Shown here one piece after another: positions 10,124-21,500 of a stretch of 64,000 nucleotides of DNA. Both the position numbers and the translations under genes were made by a program. A model generated the notes under the pieces. The model was not told the DNA's origin and did no database searches. It worked only from the letters and a program-made list of their open reading frames with translations. How positions within the stretch are numbered: position 1 is the first letter of the stretch; each line of letters opens with the position of its first letter. This DNA comes from Macrostomum hystrix (Eukaryota; Animalia; Platyhelminthes). Location: contig CATNEN010000031.1 of assembly GCA_950097015.1 (NCBI GenBank), forward strand, positions 2,666,001 to 2,730,000, read 5' to 3'.

Positions 10124-11565
10124 ATGGTAGTGCTGCTGTTGATGCTGCTGGAGAAAGTGTTGCTGATGAGGAGGAAACTGCATCTGAGGAGGTGGCGGAA
10201 AGGGCGGCGGCAAAGAGGGCAGAGAGACCGATGCAGCAGCGGCAGCAGCGGCCTCCCAGGAGGCGGCCTGATGATGCCGGCTGGCTAGCTGTTGCAAGAA
10301 GGCAGCCGCGGCAGCTTCATCGCCAGATGTCGGAGGAAAAAATGGCAGGTGCATCAGCGGGTGAGGATGCTGTTGGAACAGGTGGTGATAATTGTGAGGC
10401 GTCAGCCGTTGCTGCTGCTGCTGATGCTGCTGCTGCTGCTGTTGCTGCATGTGATTATGAAAGCTGTTAAGCTGGTAGAACTCTTGCTGGCTCACAGGCG
10501 CAGGCGATACTGGTTCGTTCTCGAATTTAGTGACGGGCGCCGCTGGAGAAATAGTTTCAAGGCGAAGCTGAAAAGGCGACGACGACCGGGGCGGCCGATG
10601 AGACGGCGGCGACGGCATCGACGGCAGCGAGGGCGGCTTGCGTTCCTGAGTGTGCGCCTGACTGAGCACATTCTCAATTACGCAGTCGATTGAGTCACGC
10701 GCCGCGGAGGCATCAGAGACTGTGGCATCCACAGTCGCTATTGACGGCGGCGCGGTTGTCGCCGAGGCATCAATCGACATCGTTGACTTAGCTTCGACTT
10801 TCTCGACAGTCGCATCAACAACAGGCACCGTCGACGGTTCATTAGCAACCTCGCGACGTAGGGTCGGCGTCTCCAGCTGAGCGGACTTGCGCGGCCTGCC
10901 CCGCTTTCTGGGCAAACTGGCCGCTACCGGCGTTGACTGCGGGAAAAGCGACTGAAGATGAGGCAGCGGCTGCTGTTTCACCAGCTGTTGCTGGTGCAGC
11001 GGCAGCGGCACCGACGGGAGAGGCTGCGGTGGCGGTGGCAGCGACGGTTGCGGCGACGATACTGGCGACTGTGGGGATGTCGGCGCTGGCGGAGACGGAG
11101 GCGACACGTCGGAAACTTCAAGCTTCGGCGGAGTCGCCTGCTCCAGTTTTGGTCGCTTTTTTGGCGGCCGGCCCTTCTTTCGTCGACCAATGCGACGTTT
11201 GCGCGACGGAGCCGCCGCAGCGGCAGCCACCGCCGCTGCACGAGCGGCCGCAGTCGATGGCGGCTTCTTGCGTTGTTGCTGTTTGGCAGCCGCTGGCGTT
11301 GCTGAAGACCGACTGCTGGACAGACGATCGGTCGCTGCTGCAGCTGCGACAGCTACGGCGTACCGCGTCCTTTTGGGTCGTCCTCGTCCGGCCCGACCGC
11401 CGACTTCGTCTCTGTCGCTGTCCGCTTCGTTGTCGTTGCCGACGCCGCCGCTTCGCTGACGCCGCAAGCAGCGCCGGTCCACTCTGACACGCAGCTGCAA
11501 GTCGCTGATACACTCTTGCTCGGACCGTCGGCCCAGTGTACGCAGCTCGCCTTTGCGCTTCGGAG
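9662..11565 (-). CDS. BAH/AT-hook chromatin protein (ARID5-like N-terminus), terminal exon: AT-hooks, polyQ/polyA/Pro-rich tail
   Basis: Acceptor ACTAAACTTTCAG|CT at 11565 (phase 1 matches the upstream exon); motifs GRGRPKR, KKGRPPKK, RKRGRPRK; stop TGA at 9662-9664. Confidence 0.85.
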
Positions 11566-11610
11566 CTGAAAGTTTAGTCGGAGGAATGCGTTTCGTTCGT
11601 CGTTTATCGA

Positions 11611-11790
11611 ACGGCTGTTCAGTCCATGGACACTGGGGGGATGTCACACCCACCCTCAATTACCCCAGCTAATTCTGGTACACATTCAACAGCTGGGTGA
11701 ACTGAGGCAAAAAAATTGTTCTAGTAGAGTCAGGAATCGAACCCCGGACCTTCAAGTCTAGAACACGGCGCTCTAATCACTAGGCTAACC
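11611..11790 (-). mobile_element. tRNA-derived CORE-type SINE (family 1), intronic copy
   Basis: Minus strand: A box TAGCCTAGTGATTAG, B box GGTTCGATTCC, CTCAGTTCACCCAGCTG, tail CCATGGACTGAACAGCCGT; homologous to four other copies. Confidence 0.85.
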
Positions 11791-11818
11791 CCCGTAAACC
11801 AGTGCTCATGACTATTAC

Positions 11819-12055
11819 CTAGCGACTCCTGCCTATTGGCATGTCGGTTGACGTGATAGAGCGGGTGCTTTCGCCGACAGAAGAAGACTTTAGTGCCGGT
11901 CGGGCATTGCGCCAGGCAGCCGTCGCCAATGTAGCCGAGCACCTGTTCGCGACTCCAGCCGTAGAGCCGGTGGGCCGCGGAGTAGCGCTGCAGTCTATTA
12001 AATGAGCTCACGGACATGACAAGAATGTTGGCTTTGCTCCTGGAGTCGCGTTTGC
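11819..12055 (-). CDS. BAH/AT-hook protein, exon 3
   Basis: CGCAG|GC...CTAG|GTAATA, 237 nt, phase 1 to 1; ILVMSVSSFNRLQR...GTKVFFCRRK. Confidence 0.8.
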
Positions 12056-12231
12056 CTGCGCAATTCGGTGACAATAGAATTGTGTGTTAAATTGGGAATT
12101 TGAATTTGAATTTGAATTTTGTGTAGCTAAAGTCCTAATAGTAAATGTAGGCCTAAAAATTCGATAAGACACAAAAGCGAAAAAACAACCTACATTAAAA
12201 ACTTAGCACACTTTTAAGTTGCCACATTCAG

Positions 12232-13270
12232 AAACGCCGCCCACCTGACAAACTGCCCACCTGACAAACCGCCCACCTTTGTCAGGTGACACAAACCGCC
12301 CACCTGACAAACCGCCCACCTGACAAACCGCCCACCTGACAAACTGCCCACCTGACAAACCGCCCACCTGACAAACCGCCCACCTGACAAACCGCCCACC
12401 TGACAAACCGCCCATCTGACAAACCGCCTACCTGACAACCCCAGCACACCTGAAACCTCGGCACACCTGACACTCCGGCACACCTGACACTCCGGCACAC
12501 CTGACACTCCGGCACACCTGACAACCCCGCACACCTGACACTCCGGCACACCTGACACTCCGGCACACCTGACACTCCGGCACACCTGACACTCCGGCAC
12601 ACCTGACACTCCGGCACACCTGACAACCCCGCACACCTGACACTCCGGCACACCTGACACTCCGGCACACCTGACACTCCGGCACACCTGACACTCCGGC
12701 ACACCTGACACTCCGGCACACCTGACACTCCGGCACACCTGACACTCCGGCACACCTGACACTCCGGCACACCTGACACTCCGGCACACCTGACACTCCG
12801 GCACACCTGACACTCCGGCACACCTGACACTCCGGCACACCTGACACTCCGGCACACCTGACACTCCGGCACACCTGACACTCCGGCACACCTGACACTC
12901 TGGCACACCTGACACTCCGGCACACCTGACAACCCCGCACACCTGACACTCCGGCACACCTGACACTCCGGCACACCTGACACTCCGGCACACCTGACAC
13001 TCCGGCACACCTGACAACCCCGCACACCTGACAACCCCGCACACCTGACACTCCGGCACACCTGACACTCCGGCACACCTGACACTCCGGCACACCTGAC
13101 ACTCCGGCACACCTGACAACCCCGCACACCTGACACTCCGGCACACCTGACACTCCGGCACACCTGACACTCCGGCACACCTGACACTCCGGCACACCTG
13201 ACCAACCCCGCACACCTGACACTCCGGCACACCTGACACTCCGGCACACCTGACAACCCCGCACACCTGA
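12232..13270. repeat. 16-bp (ACAAACCGCCCACCTG)n switching to 17-bp (CACCTGACACTCCGGCA)n minisatellite
   Basis: Shared CACCTGACA core; switch near 12430; explains the Cys/Val/Gly pseudo-ORFs. Confidence 0.95.
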
Positions 13271-13447
13271 AGCATCGGAACGGATGCGTCACACATAAAA
13301 AAATGTACAAACATAGCAAATACTTCAGCCAGACCATTTAATTTCTGTTGTGTTCTGCCCGACTTCCCGACGGTCTACTTATAGTAACCAAGCTTGATTT
13401 AAGCATATCATTGTCTCAAAAGAAGAATTAAACTACGCAAGACTTAC

Positions 13448-13601
13448 CATGCGAGGAAGACGCCAGAAAGTCAGGCAAACTGAAGCCCTGATCAGCCCAG
13501 TTACCGGAGCCGTTGCCGTTCGCCTCGGGCGAGATGCACTTAAAAAAGTCTTCAAGAGTCAGCGTCAGCGGCTTCGGGTGGCGAAGTACTTCGAAATCGA
13601 C
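13448..13601 (-). CDS. BAH/AT-hook protein, exon 2
   Basis: AACAG|GTC...CATG|GTAAGT, 154 nt, phase 0 to 1; VDFEVLRHPKPLTLTLEDFFKC. Not in the ORF track. Confidence 0.8.
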
Positions 13602-13724
13602 CTGTTAATGTTAATTGTGCGAGCTACGAGTATTTAATTAATAAACTTCTCCTTTAAACCTTATATTGAATCCTCAAAATTAAAATACTATTTAACTTCT
13701 AGAGTACTTGACAAGCCTATATCT

Positions 13725-16700
13725 GTGTCTCCTACTAACAATTGATGTCTCCTACTGACAATTGATGTCTCCTACTGACAATTGATGTCTCCTACTGACA
13801 ATTGATGTCTCCTACTGACAATTGATGTCTCCTACTGACAATTGATGTCTCCTACTGACAATTGATGTCTCCTACTGACAATTGATGTCTCCTACTGACA
13901 ATTGATGTCTCCTACTGACAATTGATGTCTCCTACTGACAATTGATGTCCCGTACTGACAATTGGTGTCTCCTACTGACAATTGGTGTCTCCTACTGACA
14001 ATTGATGTCTCCTACTGACGATTGGTGTCTCCTACTGACAATTGGTGTCTCCTACTGACAATTGGTGTCTCCTACTGACAATTGATGTCTCCTACTGACA
14101 ATTGATGTCTCCTACTGACAATTGGTGTCTCCTACTGACAATTGGTGTCTCCTGGTGTCTCCTGGTGTCTTCAACTGACAATTGGTGTCTCCTGGTGTCT
14201 CCTACTGACAATTGGTGTCTCCTGGTGTCTTCAACTGACAATAGGTGTCTCCTGGTGTCTCCTACTGACAATTGGTGTCTCCTGGTGTCTTCTTCTGACA
14301 ATTGGTGTCTCCAACTGACAATTGGTGTCTCCTACTGACAATTGGTGTCTCCTGGTGTCTTCTTCTGACAATTGGTGTCTCCTACTAACAATTGGTGTCT
14401 CCTACTAACAATTGGTATCTCCTACTGGCAATTAGTGTCTCCTATTGACAATTAGTATTTCTTACTGACAATTGGTGTCTCCTACAAACAATTGTTATCT
14501 CCTACTGGCAATTAGTGTCTCCTATTGACAATTAGTATTTCTTACTGACAATTGGTGTCTCCTACAAACAATTGTTATCTCCTCGTGTCTCCTACTGACG
14601 ATTGGTGTCTCCTACTGACGATTGGTGTCTCCTACTGACAATTGGTGTCTCCTACTGACAATTGATGTCTCCTACTAACAATTGGTGTCTCCTACTAACA
14701 ATTGGTGTCTCCTACTAACAATTGGTGTCTCCTACTAACAATTGGTGTCTCCTACTAACAATTGGTGTCTCCTACTGACAATTGATGTCTCCTACTGACA
14801 ATTGATGTCTCCTACTAACAATTGGTGTCTCCTACTGACAATTGAAGTCTCCTACTGACAATTGATGTCTCCTACTGACAATTGGTGTCCCCTACTGACA
14901 ATTGGTGTCTCCTACTGACAATTGATGTCTCCTACTAACAATTGGTGTCTCCTACTAACAATTGGTGTCTCCTACTAACAATTGGTGTCTCCTACTAACA
15001 ATTGGTGTCTCCTACTGACAATTGATGTCTCCTACTGACAATTGGTGTCTCCTACTGACAATTGATGTCTCCTACTGACAATTGATGTCCCCTACTGACG
15101 GTTGGTGTCTCCTACTGACAATTGGTGTCTCCTACTGACAATTGGTGTCTCCTGGTGTCTCCTGGTGTCTTCAACTGACAATTGGTGTCTCCTGGTGTCT
15201 CCTACTGACAATTGGTGTCTCCTGGTGTCTTCAACTGACAATAGGTGTCTCCTGGTGTCTCCTACTGACAATTGGTGTCTCCTGGTGTCTTCTTCTGACA
15301 ATTGGTGTCTCCAACTGACAATTGGTGTCTCCTACTGACAATTGGTGTCTCCTGGTGTCTTCTTCTGACAATTGGTGTCTCCTACTAACAATTGGTGTCT
15401 CCTACTAACAATTGGTATCTCCTACTGGCAATTAGTGTCTCCTATTGACAATTAGTATTTCTTACTGACAATTGGTGTCTCCTACAAACAATTGTTATCT
15501 CCTACTGGCAATTAGTGTCTCCTATTGACAATTAGTATTTCTTACTGACAATTGGTGTCTCCTACAAACAATTGTTATCTCCTCGTGTCTCCTACTGACG
15601 ATTGGTGTCTCCTACTGACGATTGGTGTCTCCTACTGACAATTGGTGTCTCCTACTGACAATTGATGTCTCCTACTAACAATTGGTGTCTCCTACTAACA
15701 ATTGGTGTCTCCTACTAACAATTGGTGTCTCCTACTAACAATTGGTGTCTCCTACTAACAATTGGTGTCTCCTACTGACAATTGATGTCTCCTACTGACA
15801 ATTGATGTCTCCTACTAACAATTGGTGTCTCCTACTGACAATTGAAGTCTCCTACTGACAATTGATGTCTCCTACTGACAATTGGTGTCCCCTACTGACA
15901 ATTGGTGTCTCCTACTGACAATTGATGTCTCCTACTAACAATTGGTGTCTCCTACTAACAATTGGTGTCTCCTACTAACAATTGGTGTCTCCTACTAACA
16001 ATTGGTGTCTCCTACTGACAATTGATGTCTCCTACTGACAATTGGTGTCTCCTACTGACAATTGATGTCTCCTACTGACAATTGATGTCCCCTACTGACG
16101 GTTGGTGTCTCCTACTGACAATTGATGTCTCCTACTGACAATTGATGTCTCCTACTGACAATTGATGTCCCCTACTGACAATTGATGTCTCCTACTGACA
16201 ATTGATGTCTCCTACTGACAATTGGTGTCTCCTACTGACAATTGGTGTCTCCTACTGACAATTGATGTCTCCTACTGACAATTGGTGTCTCCTACTGACA
16301 ATTGATGTCTCCTACTGACAATTGATGTCTCCTACTGACAATTGGTGTCTCCTACTGACAATTGATGTCTCCTACTGACAATTGATGTCTCCTACTGACA
16401 ATTGATGTCTCCTACTGACAATTGATGTCTCCTACTGACAATTGATGTCTCCTACTGACAATTGATGTCTCCTACTGACAATTGATGTCTCCTACTGACA
16501 ATTGATGTCTCCTACTGACAATTGGTGTCTCCTACTGACAATTGATGTCTCCTACTGACAATTGGTGTCTCCTACTGACAATTGATGTCTCCTACTGACA
16601 ATTGATGTCTCCTACTGACAATTGGTGTCTCCTACTGACAATTGGTGTCTCCTACTGACAATTGATGTCTCCTACTGACAATTGATGTCTCCTACTGACA

Positions 16701-16935
16701 ATTGGTGTCTCCTACTGACAATTGATGTCTCCTACTGACAATTGATGTCTCCTACTGACAATTGGTGTCTCCTACTGACAATTGATGTCTCCTACTGACA
16801 ATTGATGTCTCCTACTGACAATTGGTGTCTCCTACTGACAATTGGTGTCTCCTACTAACAATTGGTATCTCCTGGTGTCTCCTACTAACAATTGGTATCT
16901 CCTGGTGTCTCCTAATGACAATTGGTATCTCCCAA
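13725..16935. repeat. 20-bp satellite (ACAATTGATGTCTCCTACTG)n, ~3.2 kb, with internal 1000-bp duplication
   Basis: Read directly; rare variant units recur at +1000 (14581/15581, 14881/15881, 15081/16081). Confidence 0.95.
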
Positions 16936-18116
16936 AGTATCATTCCTAAATTATATTTAAACGTTAAAGATAAATATTATCTTAGAAATGTTTTCCTAGA
17001 TTGCTAATCGAATATTATGCTAAATAACAGATTAAACTCAGCCAATGCAGTAAAGACAGTTATTTGCATAAAATACGACATGCATTAAATTGAATTGTAA
17101 GTAATTCTTGAATTGGTTTCATGTTTACTGAAAGTTGTCATAACGTGTACGCGGCTTTGGCCCACCAACCCCACACCACTTCATAAGTCTCACTCTTAAT
17201 CTACACCCTCCCAATTTCTAAAAAAACACCAAAAGGCATCTCCTTAGGCCTGCACAGCCACCCCATCCTCCGTGTTCCATTTGCGTGAGTGGGGGAGGGG
17301 GTGGGTTGCGGGCAGCCGCAGCCACCCCATCTCCACCATTCTCTTATTTCTCTTACCCACTTTCTACTTTAATACACACAAGATATTATTAAAAGCAAAG
17401 CAAGGAGAGAGAGAAAGAAGCGCGACGCACAGTGGGGTGGGGGCAGAGGGGCAGGGTGAGAGGAAACAGGAAATAGACGAGAAGAGAGGAGGGAGGTGGT
17501 GGGTAGTCCAGAGTGAGACTTGTGTTTAAAGAGGCGAGCCCTATCAGCTGTGCTAGCCACCCCGTGGGCCTCCTCCTCACTACCTTTCTTCTTCTTGAAA
17601 GCTCTTTAATATAGCTTTGCGTTGTGGCGACCGAAAAAAAACATTAAATAGGTGTACGCTGACTGGCTTAAAATACCCCCCACCAACTAACAGATAGACT
17701 CCCCTAGGCTCGGCGCAGCGTAAGTGGTGTGTGGAAAAAGGAGAAAAAATGAAATAATCTTCAAAAGCTTTGTTCCTTACTGAATTTAAGCTACTAAGTA
17801 CTTAACTAGATACTAAAATTAATCAATTCTAGGTTCCGTTTCTCTCTAGTTCTGATAAGCCAACGAAAAACTCTATTTTTTTATAAAAGAAACAAGAAAG
17901 GGCATAGTTATTGCAAAATAAATTAAATGTCAAAACTTCGTTCTAAATTACCTAAATTATAATTATAAAAAATAATCAAATAAAATTTACATTAGTTAGC
18001 ACTAATTAGCTAGTGTAAAGTGTAGGCAAATTGACTGTAATACGAGAACGTTTAAACTAAGGGGATAAGGATAGAAGGTTTTTTTAAATTAAGCAGATAA
18101 CAAGAGAAAAACTCAC

Positions 18117-18512
18117 CGGTGGCTGGAATACACGGTGAAAGCCAACACAGACCACGCCAGATGCCGAGATGGGCGCATTGACGCGCTTCAGCTTAAGGCC
18201 GTAATTAGCATCGCGCGACACGTAGCTAGTGGGATAAAACACGCTGACGCTGGCCATACGGCTGATGGCTCGGTCCTGTCGCAGACGCCGCTGCACGGGA
18301 ATGTACAGGGCCTCCAGGCGCAGCAGGAAGCACCGGCCGGCTTTGCTCAGGCTGGACCAGAAGCAGTCGCCAATTGAGACTCGGCGACCGGGGCCGCAGC
18401 TGGCGCTGGCGAAGTAGATCTCCGAGTCGTTACTACTCAGCGCGTCTTCGAGCTCCATTGCTGGTATTGTCTTAGGACTCGCTTCTTCCTTCAATGGCCA
18501 CTCGAATTCTAC
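18117..18512 (-). CDS. BAH/AT-hook protein, first identified coding exon (BAH N-half); true start uncertain (internal ATG at 18458 or an upstream exon)
   Basis: TACAG|GTA...CCG|GTGAGT; RRVSIGDCFW...CFLLRLEALY...SVSVFYP is BAH-like. The four exons sum to 2691 nt, a multiple of 3. Confidence 0.75.
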
Positions 18513-21500
18513 CTGTACTGTCTCGCAGAAGCCTATTGAGTAGATTGTGAGCAGTGCAGCAAAATATGAGGGGCTTTTTCTTCGATTAAAGACAATTAAC
18601 CCTCAGATCACTTCCTGATCTAAAGGCTCGTTCATCCTAATATTGAAATGGCGCACTCTGTTGAAATAAATAGTCATCTAAAAATAATGTACTTTCGTGG
18701 CTTCATTTAATTGCAATGTGAAAGTGACTTTAAATTTCTTAGTAAAAGAATGTAGTTATTGTCAATTGAGATGGAAAACTCAGTTTAGAATTCCTAAATC
18801 ATTTAATGACTGACCGAAGCAACCTGCTTGCAAGACTCAAACTTACCCTGAATAGTATTTGGTTATTATCTTTAATTGATTAGACTTGAATTAGACTTGG
18901 ATCGTCGTATACGGCAGATATAGTGGATGAGCAATTCCATATTCTGACCTTACTTTGTTTCCATCTTATTAACATATATTGCCGTTTGCACGAATAACGA
19001 GCTTTCCCAAAGAGTATTTTAGATCTCTAAATACGCTTTCCATAAGCATATAAGAGTCTGCTGCGGTTGCACAATTTTTGTCTATGGCCAAAACAAACCG
19101 CAGCAAAGATGAAATTTGGCCACGTCAGCAATCAGCATTGGCTGATGTCATAGAAGTATGATACTAATAAGTGAAGCATATAATACGCATAACTTGATGA
19201 ATTAGAATATGCATGTATTATTTTACTCCTATTATTACGCCTGTTTGACTGTTATTCCATAAAATTGGAAATAGTTCCAGACACTGTATCCGCACAAAAG
19301 AAATACAATAAATTATTTTAAAGATGAACATTTCATTTAGCCGAAAGTCTGATTAATATTGTGCAATTTTCGGTTATTTGCAGAACGTATAATAGACAAT
19401 GCCAATGTGAATTAGGATTCATGTTTATTATAGTAATTAGTTAAATGACACTAGCCTACATGGCGAATCAGCGAGTGAGCCAGTGTGCTCAAATTCAGTG
19501 CTCAATAAGCTTAAAGCATGGACTAGGCAGAAGGGATGGGATTCTTTACCCATGTTTTATCCCCAACCCCAAAATCTGCACCCCGTTCCCACTACCTCTG
19601 TCTCTTTGTATGGCTCGCGATAAACTGCATTGCAGATAGATATAAGCCTATGCGATATGCAGCGCGGAGCTGTACATGCGCCAATGCGCAGGGCGTTGAG
19701 AAAAACCGAGAGAGAGACATGAAGAGTAAACTATAAGAGACAGAGGGAAAAGGGGGAGGAGAGGTCCAAGTAGGCAAGGAATTAGGAAAGAAATGTTTCA
19801 CTATATACTATACCAGTCCTCTCCCTCTAACCCACAATTTCCTCTACCCCCATCCCCCAAATCCGCAGTTCTGATCCGTCCGAGCCTCTGTATAGCCATG
19901 GACCCCTTACCCCTCAACACAACAACCAGAAAGCAATCCAACCCAAAGCTTAGCAAGGAATTGATTTGTTCACCCGGGACACTAAATAGGAGAGGGAAGG
20001 AGAAATAGAGGGGAATAAAACGTGTGTTAGAGCAATGTCTTAACGTAAAGAAGCGAATGTTCTGTGTTAGCGCTTAATAGGCGATTTTGGTCAATTAAAC
20101 GAAGCAGAGTTATATTTTTTATGCCAAAAGCTAATTTTTTATTGCAGTCCAAATTAAATAGTAAAATAAAATAACAGTATAAAAGGATATATTTTTCTTG
20201 CGAGCCTAAATTACTTCGAAAATTAAGTCTAATAAGAAGCAACAAATTAGTATTTTAAGTGGTGATAAAATCAAAGCACCGAGGCTTAAAATTAAGATGT
20301 GATGCTTTTTTGGTAGCTTTTTAACTGTATAACTAAATTTTTAACTAAATAGGCGATGTCATGATATATTTTACTATGTGACTGTCAAGTATAAATTTGT
20401 GATTACGATGTACTATATGAATCATTATTGAACTGTCAAGAGCAATGAACTTACTTTATCGTGTCGCTTTCACCCACCGTAGTGATGCATTGACAGGAGA
20501 ATTAATTAAGCAATTTATCATTTCGATACGATTTTCAAGATAATATTATCACAGATTATCACTTCTCTACCCCTAATAAGAGCTACACAATCTTGTTATT
20601 AATTTGTTCAAAGTACCAAATTTTGTCAAGGGTGCGCACTGTGCAAACTCATGCGATTGGCTGAAAGTCCATTTTTTACACTCCAACCAGAGCATTCAGC
20701 GCAGCCAACCCCCAAGTAGGATGGGCTGGGAAGGTTGGACCATGCTGCGGCCACCCACCCCAAGCCAGTGTACAGTGGCTTATGGAGGCGGGGTGGGAGT
20801 GCAGGCTGGAGAGAGAAGTCAATGAAGGTAAAGAGGCAGATGCCTGTTTAACTTTAGCCTGGGCCTACTCGCCCACCCCCGCCAAAAACTCTCGCACTCG
20901 CAGGCCCAACCCCCAGCTCATGTGCGCAAGACGCCACCCCAACTCCTTTCCTTGTTTCGGGTTGCCTCGCCAAACTCAGACGGGCACGCGAAACACAGCA
21001 AGCGGGCTTGCAATATTTTCGTCTCTCTGTCTCTCTCCCCAATGCTCAAAAACCCTCCCCGTGCGATTTCTCCCATTCTCTTCTTCATTCGAGCCTTATG
21101 CGCGCTCACTGTATAATGAATGAAATGAATGAAGGGAAAGGGATTCTAACTAGCAACTGTTCCACTGGGTGAGAAAAAGTCAACATTAAATAAATTTGTA
21201 ATCAAAATTGCCTATATAATTACACATACTTTCTCTGAGTTATATCCAAAAAAGACGTGATAAAAATTACAAGATTAGAGTCCTTACTTGAGCATTCAGC
21301 TAAGGTAATAATAGACAATAACAATTAATGTGGACTAATTTGAATGCAAAAACAATCTACTGTACACTTAGGCTGCACGTCTCAATCGGTCGTAAATTAT
21401 CAAACACAGCCCGATAAAGAGTAATTAAAGTTAAACGTCACTACTGACATGAAAGATAATTGAAGACTGTGAACATTTACAATTACGAGTATGAGCCAAT

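Noticed and set aside
11566-11659. N-terminus of track ORF 9662-11659 (MRVGVTSPQCPWTEQ...)
   Set aside because: Derived from the SINE tail and intron; a phase-compatible acceptor exists at 11566.
12214-13337. Cys-rich 'metallothionein/keratin-like' ORFs
   Set aside because: Translations of the 16/17-bp repeat; several frames are equally open.
13725-16935. CRISPR-like appearance of regular repeats here and elsewhere
   Set aside because: Units are directly adjacent with no unique spacers, there are no cas genes, and the context is eukaryotic.
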